A stretch of 64,000 nucleotides of DNA. It comes from Eledone cirrhosa (taxonomy: Eukaryota). The translations under genes and the position numbers were made by a program. The stretch is from positions 7,440,001 to 7,504,000 of the forward strand of contig OZ024762.1 in NCBI GenBank assembly GCA_964016885.1. The letters run 5' to 3'. Positions 28,201 to 38,804 of this stretch are shown here, in pieces. Each line of letters starts with the position of its first letter. The stretch's first letter is position 1. Under the pieces are notes generated by a model that had not been told where the DNA came from, made no database searches, and saw only the letters and a program-made list of their open reading frames with translations.

Positions 28201-29966
28201 GTAGAAACAATTATTAATTATTTCATTACTGAGATAGTAACTTAATGTAATGTTCTTATATAAAATTATGTTGGAAGATTTTACCAACCCAACCAAAACC
28301 AGCCGTGGAACAGTGCTAACAAGAGTAGAAATACTGAGAGAATGATGTGAAGTTAACCTGAAAATGATATGCTGCTTCTCCTGGAGGTATTTTGTGAACT
28401 TCTCATCTTGTAGCTTCAACAGAGCAGTATTGTGTCGCTGTCTCACATTCCTATTATAATGCTTTCTTACACGAGACTTTGTAAGTTCTGGATCGACCTG
28501 CAAGAGACCATTTACAAAATGGGGAGGTTTTGTTTTAGGTATATAATATGGCAGACAATAACATTGAAAGTGAATGAAAATGAAAGGTACATACGTTTTC
28601 ACAGTAAAAATTTACCTTTTTCAGTTTGAGCAAAACATGGTCATCTTATCTGACTTGTTTCACAACAGGACAACCCATTTAACCCATGCTAGCATGGGTT
28701 AAATGGACGTTAAACAATGATGATGATGATGATGATAAGCTAAACGATTTGGTCATCGTTATTTTAAGCTCACTTTTCATGTTGACATGGGCTGGACATG
28801 TTGACATGAGCTGGACATGTCGACATGGGCTGGACATGTTGACATGTTGACATGTCGACATGAGCTGGACATGTTGACATGGGCTGGACATGAGGTGGAC
28901 ATGTTGACATGAGCTGGACATGCTGACATGGGCTGGACATGTTGACATGAGCTGGTCAAGTTGACATGAGCTGGTCATGTTGACACGAGCTGGACATGTT
29001 GACACGAGCTGGGCATGTCGACATGGGCTGGACATGCTGACATGGGCTGGTCATGTTGACATGTTGACATGTCGACATGAGCTGGACATGTTGACATGGG
29101 CTGGACATGAGCTGGACATGTTGACATGAGCTGGACATGCTGACATGGGCTGGACATGTTGACATGAGCTGGTCAAGTTGACATGAGCTGGTCATGTTGA
29201 CACGAGCTGGACATGTTGACATGAGCTGGACATGTCGACATGGGCTGGACATGCTGACATGGGCTGGTCATGTTGACATGTTGACATGCCGACATGAGCT
29301 GGACATGTTGACATGGGCTGGACATGAGCTGGACATGTTGACATGAGCTGGACATGTTGACATGAGCTGGTCAAGTTGACATGAGCTGGTCATGTTGACA
29401 CGAGCTGGACATGTTGACACGAGCTGGGCATGTTGACACGAGCTGGACATGTTGACATGGGCTGGACATGAGCTGGACATGCTGACATGAGCTGGACATG
29501 CTGACATGGGCTGGACATGTTGACATGAGCTGTTCAAGTTGACACGAGCTGGACATGTTGACACGAGCTGGGCATGTTGACACGAGCTGGACATGTTGAC
29601 ACGAGCTGGGCATGTTGACATGGGCTGGACATGTTGCCATCAAAGTTTGAAACTAGATGGGTCTGAGAAACACATTTTTTTCATACACTCCATGCCGTCA
29701 TGGAAAACAGGCACTAAACGATGACACTGATGGTGGTGATGACATAATAATGTTCGTGGTGGCGGTGGTGATGGTGATAATCGTTTCTACATTTGGCACA
29801 AGGCCAGCAATTACCCCAGTGCATTACCGGTACTTCATTTTATCGACCCCGTGAGGATGAAAGGCAAAGTTAACCTCGGCGGGATTTGAACTCAGAATGG
29901 AAAGGGCCGTAACTCTATGCTGCAAAGCATGGCGTCCGACCCTCTACCGATTCTGCCAATCCACCT

Positions 29967-30013
<47 letters not shown>

Positions 30014-31469
30014 GATTAGGTGAACGAAAATATATAAGGTGAAATGGTAGCAAAACATAAAACTATGACTGACCTGTTGTGCAGCCATCTGTTGGCCATG
30101 ACCGATATTCTGAATACTTTGTAAATAACATTCTCGGAGTTCCGCAGCCTTCTCTGTCTTCTCTTTGCTCAGATCCTCCTGGACAACAACAACAATAATT
30201 GTTTCTACTATAGGCACAAGGCTAGCAACTTTAGGAAGGAGACCTTACTTTGGGGATTGCCTTCGTATATAATAATTGCGCGAAATTTGCACTTGGCGGT
30301 AGCGTTCAACGGGAGCTCCATTCTCAACGGCTGCCAAGCCAAGATTGAGCATCCCAGCAAAGCACGTGCATGCTTGTTTGAGTGAAGGAAGCACCAATCA
30401 CAACAGTGTTGCCAACAGCCGTACGAACAATTTCTCTGTGTCCCCATCGCTTTGGAGACCTTACTTTTGGGACTACCCTCGTATTTAGACAAGAATATAT
30501 ACCCAATAGTGTGTATTTTGTGTTTTTAACAAAGTATTTGAAATTATTATTCAATGAGAACAACAGTAAAAAAAAAAGAGAAACATTTCTACTTAGAAAA
30601 TAATGGTCACCCAATGGAGTGTTTATAACAAAGTAGTTGTAATTTTTAACTAAGTTCACGGACTCCGAGTACTACTTTTGCAGAGTCCTTAGGGATTCAA
30701 AGACCCAAGTTAGGAACCAATGAGACAGATGAAGATAGGAAGACCATAACTTACATTGATTGTGTTGATTAATTTATTGATTTCTTTCACTTTAGTTTTA
30801 GTTACAGCTTTTCTCACATTTGCGGCGTTGGTTTTGGAAATTTCCCGAACCTAAAAATTTAACAACAAAAGCATCCTTTAAAAATGTTTACAAGGAGATC
30901 AACTCAATTGGTGAACGAGGAATCAGCCGGAGCTCTTCCCGTTCACCTGCACGTAACTCTTGCCACTGCATTTGATTGGTAAATACTGTATATACTTGAA
31001 TATAAGCTGACCCCATTATTTTATGTCTGAGAGATGGGCAAAAAATCAAAACCTTATTTACATAGGATTCATAATTGTGGAAAATCTACAAAAAAAATTT
31101 ACCCCAAATAAAAGCTGATTCCACTATTTTATGTCTGAAAGATGGACAAAAACCCAAACCCTATTTATGTAGAATTCAAAGTTGGTGTGGGGAAAATTGG
31201 CAAAATATTCACCTTGAATGTAAGCCGACCCCACAATTTTATTCCTGAGAAATGGACTAAAATCCAAACCTTATTTACGTAGGATTCGAAGTTGGGGTTC
31301 ATATATATACATCTGCCTATCTCCTCAATCTTTCTAACTTCTCATTCTTTCTTCTGATGAAGGACTAGCATCTGAAACATTAAGACCCTCTTCTTGCTAT
31401 ATCAAGCGTTAACCTAATATATTCCTTCCATATACTGTACCATTTGTTTTGTTATTTCTGTTTACCTTT

Positions 31470-31515
<46 letters not shown>

Positions 31516-31781
31516 TAAGATGCCGTTAAGGTTGGAAGCAGCGATTCTTTGCTTAAACTTTAATCTGTTTTTTTAATAAATATTTGCTCTATGGTTTTAA
31601 TAATTGTTTCTACTTTTGGCACAAGGCCAACAATTATCCCAGTGTATTACAGGTACTTTATTTTATCGACCCCATAAGGATGAAAGGCAAAGTTAACGAC
31701 AATATATATTTATATATTTTTTATATATATATTATTCTTATCGAGCCCTCTTCAGATTTTAGTCTTCACATTTTTTATTAT

Positions 31782-31833
<52 letters not shown>

Positions 31834-32821
31834 TATTTCTAATAGCCATCTTGTGTGTGAGACACGTTGGCTGAGAGCTTCTGACAGGAACTAATAGATT
31901 GATTCTTTTTAGCTTCCCGTCCCCACGTAAAATTTATAAATCAGTGGCTAGTTGAGAGAGAGAGTCCTATCGGTTGCCAGTTAATCGCTTTACTGTGTCG
32001 GTTGTCACAAACAGTCATGACCGGCACGGGCCGGTGTTTGGATTATGTCGATCGATTGGTTATTGATTAGGCAATACCCGCTGATGAAGCCGCATAAGCC
32101 GATTGTGCATTGTTGCATAATATATGCAGACAGATGGTGCAGTGCACCTTACTGCTGCAGAAACTTGAGTCCGGGAACCTTACAGGCACCCGTTTTACGT
32201 GTGTTGTGTTGAGGCAAATAACTATGTGTATACTCTGGTAATGTATCTTACATTTCCCATGGAGTGTGCGGAGATACAACCGCTACTGGCATTGATAAAT
32301 ATGCTGGGTCCGTCAACCCTTATTATTATATATATATATATATATATAGTTGTGTGTGAATAGATATTATATAAAAAAGGATGGTTTTTACCTGCTGGAA
32401 TCGAATCTTTCTTCGTCTGTTTTGTTCCTCTTTGGTAATTTTCTCAGTTTCATCAGCAGTTAGTTGATAGCATACACCTAATTTAATCACTGGAAACATT
32501 AAATAAAACAGAATTTTAGCTGTTATCGTTACACTATTCATGGCTTTTATCAGGCAATATATATATACACACACATCTATCTATCTATCTAAGGCGGGTA
32601 AAATTCCCGAGATCCATGGACGAGTTCTCTCCAGCGGTCTCTCTCCCTCATTATCGCTGCCATATCCTTCATCTCCAACAGACCAGTGTCTGTCCTTAGG
32701 GCATCAACATATGTTAACCTTGGTCTTCCTCTTCTAGTGTGTCCATGTAGGGGCTCCCAAAGGAGCACTGAGTGCAATGTCAACTCTGGATGTCGGTGAG
32801 CATGTCCAGCCAACCTCAGTG

Positions 32822-32854
<33 letters not shown>

Positions 32855-32891
32855 CACACACAAACACAAATATATATATACACACACACAA

Positions 32892-32930
<39 letters not shown>

Positions 32931-33386
32931 AATATATATATCTATATCTATATATATATATTCATTCAAAGTATTAACAAAAATAGAACTTCATTGTGAT
33001 CAAGTATATTTTATTATACATATTTCAGAGGTACTGAGTTAACTTCAACAGTACGTCCTCATCAGATAAAATAAGATGATCCATGACATACCCTGACAAA
33101 GTAGATGGTTAAGATCCTTTGAATGAATATTAATAACTCCGGAAAACCTTTTTTCTGTTGAGTGCTTTCAATCTATTGTAAAACTAATTCTTGATTTATT
33201 CATCGAACCTTGTTTAACCTTTAAATATATATATATATGTATGTATGTATATATATATATGTATGTATATCATCATCATCATTTTACGTCCGCTTTTTCC
33301 TGCTTGCAAGGGTGGGACGGGTCTTATTCAGCAGAGCATCTCTCCACTTGTCACAGTCCTTCAGCAATCTGAGGTCTGTTCTCACC

Positions 33387-33419
<33 letters not shown>

Positions 33420-34429
33420 TATATACCATGTATCATGTATCCCAGTACAACCTGTCTCATGGTCGGGTCGTTGGCGACTAAACTGGCAACCCCACCAAGG
33501 TTTCTTGGTGAGGAGGGTGATTTTGGACATCCTGCAGGACTAAAAACAAAACCTGTCAAAGGGCAAAAGTGTCAATGGCCATCCAAAATCACCGGGAGAG
33601 ATGACCCCTTTGCCTTTGTCAAGGCAGAATTCTAGGAGAAGGAAAACTCATATATATGGTGTTAAAACACCATATATATGTATATATATGTATGTATATA
33701 TATATAAATATATATCATCATCATCATATGTCGCTTTAATGTCTCTTGAAAAAAAGCAACCGTTTCCAACGGAGAAACCCCAAGCAAGACCAGCCAAACT
33801 CATGGATGTTATCCAACCATCTTGCTCGGGGTCTACCCCTGGGTCTCTTACTGATTGGTTTTGCCCGGAAAATTCGTCCAGCGATTCTTTCCTGAAATAT
33901 TTTAACCACATGTTCATAGTATCAGAGCTGTGATCTTTCAATTCAGAGAAGTAGCAGCTCTACCTGGAGTGACTCTCTGATCTCTGAGCTACAAATCTGT
34001 CCAGTGATTCTTTCCTGAGACATTCTAACCACATGTCCATAGTATTGGAGCTGTGATCTCTCAATTTGGAGAAATAGCAACTCTACTACCCGGAGTAACT
34101 CTCTGATCTCCAAGTTATGCACTTTATATAAATTTATTTATCAAAATAAAAACAAGAACATTTATAAAATATGGAATTACCAAATATTCTCCTAGTTTTG
34201 ATTATTTTTATGTTTTAATTTTTAACCTCAATAAATTCTGAGCTGTGATCCCTCAACTCGAAGAAGTAGCGGTTCCACCTGGAGTGACTCTCTGATCTCT
34301 GAGCTACGTTACTCCAAAGACCCTTCGGAGGAACCCCATTTCAGCCGACCCTCATACAATGTTTCAAATTAGAATGTTGGAATACAACAACAATAAAATA
34401 CAAGTCAACATCTAAAAGCTATACTTACT
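10224..34429 (-). CDS. CEP295: CEP295/KIAA1731/Ana1-like centriolar protein, ~2500 aa. Coding segments: 34429 (A of ATG), 32392-32489, 30755-30850, 30074-30178, 28358-28497, 27114-27208, 26367-26458, 25975-26118, 25387-25470, 23400-23502, 22774-22941, 20112-20416, 19163-19245, 16583-18344, 15285-15360, 10962-14938, 10224-10397
   Basis: The N-terminus [91 protein letters not shown] parallels the CEP295 N-terminal region (RRRKLRLLQVRE..RKEALLVEKERSAKITSLPPP). The last exon has [12 protein letters not shown], like CEP295 GIMEEPELTLIS. Exon phases chain without a frameshift and total 7503 nt. The donor at 23400 and the start are less certain. Confidence 0.9.
10962..14938 (-). CDS. CEP295: Giant 3977-nt internal exon of CEP295 (Ser/Thr/Asn-rich, low complexity, with coding tandem repeats)
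   Basis: Corresponds to the 1339-aa ORF. Acceptor ctag|GTGCC at 14938, donor GAGCAG|gtaaat at 10962; phases fit the flanking exons. Confidence 0.88.
11053..11420 (-). repeat. Coding 39-bp (13-aa [11 protein letters not shown](I/V)S) tandem repeat in CEP295
   Basis: About 7-8 near-identical units plus diverged flanking units. Confidence 0.9.
15593..16055. repeat. 82-bp tandem repeat (~5.6 copies)
   Basis: gtgtggaagggttcac recurs at 15593, 15675 and onward. Confidence 0.9.
16583..18344 (-). CDS. CEP295: Large 1762-nt internal exon of CEP295
   Basis: Corresponds to the 618-aa ORF. Acceptor ttttacccag|GGAG at 18344, donor TCG|gtaagt at 16583. Confidence 0.88.
21210..21880. repeat. 32-bp tandem repeat (~20 copies)
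   Basis: Unit atagtgtcaggtagattgtataatgagctgat, degenerating towards the right end. Confidence 0.92.
22030..22362. repeat. 30-bp tandem repeat interrupted by a SINE fragment
   Basis: Unit tcaactgagctactgattgagccacacgtt. Confidence 0.85.
25573..25895 (-). mobile_element. CORE-like SINE whose core segment is amplified as a 32-bp tandem array
   Basis: (gtcttgctcaaagacccaacatgaaataaagg)n followed by a tRNA-like head on the minus strand. Confidence 0.75.
26716..27050 (+). mobile_element. Short RTE/RTEX-like LINE 3' fragment. Copies at 32590-32820 (-) and 35738-36055 (rearranged)
   Basis: Encodes [36 protein letters not shown]; (GATA)n tail. Confidence 0.75.
28779..29640. repeat. Palindrome-rich 10/20-bp satellite with higher-order structure
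   Basis: Units gttgacatgagctggacat; the variant gtcaagttgac recurs every ~160-220 bp. Confidence 0.9.
30236..30484 (-). mobile_element. Mariner 5' end (duplicated TIR plus transposase start)
   Basis: TA-CGAGGGTAGTCCCAAAAGTAAGGTCTCC TIR-like sequence present twice; [17 protein letters not shown] resembles a mariner transposase N-terminus. Confidence 0.6.
30983..31300. mobile_element. Tigger/pogo-like MITE with internal tandem units; second copy at 56485-56755
   Basis: End tactgtatatacttgaatataagctgaccc; ttgaat(a/g)taagcc repeated internally. Confidence 0.5.
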
Positions 34430-34472
34430 GTTGTTATTTGATGTGATTACTTCAAACAAGAACCGGATACAT
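34429..34472 (-). other. CEP295: CEP295 5' UTR exon carrying a 6-codon uORF and the A of the split start codon
   Basis: ttctttttctaccag|ATGTATCCGGTTCTTGTTTGA...AACAACA|gtaagt. Joining to ccag|TGATTAAA at 32489 creates ATG in the CEP295 frame. Confidence 0.7.
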
Positions 34473-34544
34473 CTGGTAGAAAAAGAATTTAAAAGTTTTA
34501 AAAATTTCCAAAAGGTTTGTACGTTTATATTTCCAATCCTTGGG

Positions 34545-35015
34545 AGATAGTTATAATAATTTATATATAATTCAGTTAGACTGCAGAAGAGGTTAAGTTA
34601 GGAGATAGTTATAATAATTTATACAGTTAGACTGTAGATGAGGTTAAGTTAGGAGATAGTTATAATTTATACAGTTAGACTGTAGAAGAGGTTAAGTTAG
34701 GAGATAGTTATAATAATTTATAGTTAGACTGTAGAAGAGGTTAAGTTAGGAGATAGTTATAATAATTTATACAGTTAGACTGTAGAAGAGGTTAAGTTAG
34801 GAGATAGTTATAATAATTTATAGTTAGACTGTAGAAGAGGTTAAGTTAGGAGATAGTTATAATAATTTATACAGTTAGACTGTAGAAGAGGTTAAGTTAG
34901 GAGATAGTTATAATAATTTATAGTTAGACTGTAGAAGAGGTTAAGTTAGGAGATAGTTATAATAATTTATACAGTTAGACTGTAGAAGAGGTTAAGTTAG
35001 GAGATAGCTATAATT
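34545..35015. repeat. ~53-56-bp tandem repeat (~8 copies)
   Basis: Unit agttagactgtagaagaggttaagttaggagatagttataataatttat. Confidence 0.9.
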
Positions 35016-35119
35016 TATATATCGGCCCCCAAAACGGTGTCTATGCTGTAAGATGGGTCAGGCTCCTTGTATCAGTGGCTACCAGTACCTGGTTCTGAAA
35101 CTATGGATCCACTATGGTC

Positions 35120-35525
35120 AGTGTTCGGACCTGGTGTACATGAGAGATGGGGATAGCAGGAGAGACGGAGGCTTTGGCAGCGGGAGTTTGGTTCCTCCGT
35201 GTTCTGACCTGGTGTATATAACTGATGGGGAGTGGGAGAGACGGAGGCGATGACAGCGGGAGTTTGGTTCCTCCGTGTTCTGACCTGGTGTATATAACTG
35301 ATGGGGAGTGGGAGAGACGGAGGCGATGACAGCGGGAGTTTGGTTCCTCCGTGTTCTGACCTGGTGTATATAACTGATGGGGAGTGGGAGAGACGGAGGC
35401 GATGACAGCGGGAGTTTGGTTCCTCCGTGTTCTGACCTGGTGTATATAACTGATGGGGAGTGGGAGAGACGGAGGCAGTGACAGTGGGAGTTTGGTTCCT
35501 TTGTGTTCTGACCTGGTGTGTATGT
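35120..35525. repeat. 76-bp tandem repeat; related sequence on the opposite strand at 22376-22630
   Basis: ctgacctggtgtatataactgatgggg recurs at 35204, 35280 and onward. Confidence 0.85.
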
Positions 35526-35706
35526 GACTGATTTTATAACAAAATAACAATTTTTTTAACGAATTTTGTCCCATTTTCTAAGAGCAACCCTAGAAAACAA
35601 GCAATGGTCGCTGGAGAAGATATACGCTAGACGAATAACACAGACTAGTCCAGACATGACATGAAGCTATATTGTTAAGATATTAAGATATAGTCTAGTC
35701 CAGACA

Positions 35707-35737
<31 letters not shown>

Positions 35738-36289
35738 CTAAGGCGGGTAAAATTCCCGAGATCCATGGACGAGTTCTCTCCAGCGGTCTCTGTACCTCAT
35801 TATCGCTGCCATGTCCTGCATCTCCAACAGACCAGTGTCTGTCCTTAGGATGGCTCTGAACATTAATCAGTATACACTGAGGATGAAAAACTCAGAGCTG
35901 TATGGGAGCATCCCAAAAGTCAGCTCAAAAGTGACACAGAGGAGACTGAGGTTGGCTGGACATGCTCACCGACATCCAGACTTGACATTGCACTCAGTGC
36001 TCCTTTGGGAGCCCCTACATGGACACACTGGAAGAGGAAGACCAAGGTTAACGTATATATATGTATGGTCCCATAACTCCTGGTATAGTCGTAGGGGCGC
36101 CGTATTGACATAGTGTTTCTATGGGTATTTTAAGCCCGGTGGAACCCATCACTTCTCCAGGCCTGAGTACAGCAGATTTCTTCCAGAGAAAGAGATATAG
36201 AGGGAGAATCGACCCCAGTATTTGACTGGTACTTTCTTTATCGACCTCGAAAGGATGAAAGGCAAAGTTGAACCCAGTACTTGACTGGT

Positions 36290-36338
<49 letters not shown>

Positions 36339-36433
36339 CCAAAAATGTATACATACTTTGATTACCTGTACAGAAAATATTTATTAGAGTGCTGTTGACG
36401 TGTGTATACATTTTTGGGACACACTGTATGTAC

Positions 36434-36497
<64 letters not shown>

Positions 36498-36628
36498 GAA
36501 GTGAGGAAGAGATATAGAGATAGAGGAAGATTCGACACCAGTATTTAACTGGTACTATTTTTATCGACTTCGAAAAGAATGAAAGCTAAAGTTATTAGAA
36601 ACCTTATAAATATAATATACAAAAATAT

Positions 36629-36737
36629 ATACAGGGTGTCCCCCACAAAATGTATACACACTTCAACAGCATTCCAACAAATATTGCCTGTACAGGTAAT
36701 GGAAGTGTGTATACATTTTTGGGGTACACCCTTTATA
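36629..36737. mobile_element. Tc1/mariner-type MITE (~105 bp). Copies at 9465-9562 and 36333-36428
   Basis: TA-CAGGGTGTCCC..AAAATGTATACAC / GTGTATACATTTTT..ACACCCT-TA TIRs. Confidence 0.75.
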
Positions 36738-36762
36738 AATTAAATAATTATCAAAGACTGAC

Positions 36763-36960
36763 CTACAAGTCCGGATTAGGGGTTTTAGTTTAAACTGTTT
36801 AGTCCGGACATAAAAGATCGTTGTGGAGATAAGAAACGAGTCCAGGGGCAAAAGTTGTTCACTTGATAAACAAACATGACAACGCGCGACATTTTGTCAT
36901 GTTTGAATTTCGTTACTATACACTACTGTGCATGCGTGATCGACGGACGGATATCCGGTC
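36763..36960 (-). promoter_or_regulatory. Probable CEP295 first (non-coding) exon and promoter
   Basis: Local CpG enrichment, donor-like TAG|gtcagt at 36763, a CAAACATGACAA..TTGTCATGTTTG palindrome around CGCGCG, and TTTGAA (CHR-like). Confidence 0.45.
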
Positions 36961-38804
36961 GCACAGTAAACCTGTTTACACTTGCTTAAATGTATGATGG
37001 ACCTCCGTCGGTTCTCAAAGATGATTGTTCCAGTTGTTCGATAAACGTGCAAGTGCCCGAGCATTCTACACAGACACGTGCACTCTTATTATATAATTCT
37101 CAGGAAGATTCAGCGTGACACAAAGCTGACTCTTTTGAATGGCAGGTGGAGTCCATCTCCTATAATAGTGTAAGTGCCCAAGCATTCTACACAGATACGT
37201 GCACCCTTAATATATAGTTCTCAGGGAGATTCAGTACGACACTGTATGACAACGCTGTACCTTTGAATTACAAGCAACAAGCACAACTCATTTTCCCCCC
37301 AGCTGAATAGCCTGGAGCAACGTGAAATAAAGTGTCTTGCTTAAAGACACGCGTATTATTTGAGTCCAGTCTTTTGAGCTTTGAATTATTCTTTGCCTTT
37401 ATATAACTTATCTAAACTAAACCAAGCGAATACCCCTCCATCAGGCATCTACCATACTTTGAACTCCTTGCTTCCCTGGGCATGGATACACTAAAGCTCC
37501 AACGTTTGGAAACTGACTTGGTAAACACCCACAAAATTATTAACCATCTTTCCAACAACAACCCTGAGCACCTTTTTGATTTCCATGTGTCTAACACTCG
37601 TGGGCATGCCAACAAAGTCAGAAAACAGCACAGCTCCCATGACTTTCGGAAACATTTTTTCATTCAGAGTTGTTGAAGCATGGAACTAACTACCTGCATC
37701 AGTTATTAGCTGTCGTGACACTGCATCCTTTAAAACCTCCATGGAACAAACTACCTGCATCAGTTGTTAGCTGCAGAGACTCTGCATCCTTTAAAACCTC
37801 CATCAGTTGTTAGCTGTCGAGACACTGCATCCTTTAAGACCTCCATGGAACAAACTACCTGCATCAGTTGTTAGCTGTCGAGACACTGCATCCTTTAAAA
37901 CCACCATCAGTTATTAGCTGTCGAGACACTGCATCCTTTAAAACCTCCATGGAACAAACTACCTGCATCAGTTGTTAGCTGTCAAGACACTGCATCCTTT
38001 AAGACCTCCATGCTTCCTGAGATTCGCCAACACTACACCTAATATCCCCCCCTCCATACACACGTATACCATAACTCATACACTGTTCATTTCCCTGACA
38101 TTTGTATATTATTCTATGTACTATACATGCACCTTTGATGAGTTGTGCACCTGAGCACTGTACACAATAATTTCATTATCATTATATAACATCCATCCAA
38201 CCCATGCTAGCATGGAAGATGGATGTTAAAGGATGATGATGATTTCACCTACATATGTTCCTGCACTCCTCCAAGTGTATTTTATCATGGAACCATCACT
38301 AGGGAGGTTGTAATGTCACTGACACAACTGAAGGGTACTCCTGACCCTTTATTTGGCAGGTTTTCTATACTAGAGAGGATGACATGTCATTGACACAACT
38401 GAAGGGTCCTGAGCTTTTATTTGGCAGGTTTTCATCACTAAAGAGGATGTAATATCACTAACACACCTGAAGGGTCCTGTGACCCTTTATTTGGCAGGTT
38501 TTCATCACTAGAGAGGTTGACATGTCACTGACACAACAAAAGGGTCCTCTGACCCTTTTGTTGGAAGGTTTTCAACATTTTATTCAGTGATAAAAATCAA
38601 TATTGAAGACACAAGAAATATAGATTTCCTTTCATTTGATTTTTTAAATTCATTTATTTATAAAACACAAATATTTATTACATAGTCTTTTATTGATTTC
38701 TGTCATTGATTGGCTAAGGTCATGCTGTAGTACAGCCATATATACATTGAAACAAAATATACTAGGTTTAACTTTGGGTCAGTCACGAAAATATAAAAAT
38801 GCAT

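Noticed and set aside
31940-31955. SCARNA9-like guide (minus strand AACTAGCCACTGA)
   Set aside because: Only ~6 nt of U2 complementarity and no clear C box; too short to support.
33030-33092. Possible CEP295 coding exon ([15 protein letters not shown])
   Set aside because: The phase does not fit, and the sequence belongs to the hammerhead-bearing repeat family also seen at 45613 and 52444.
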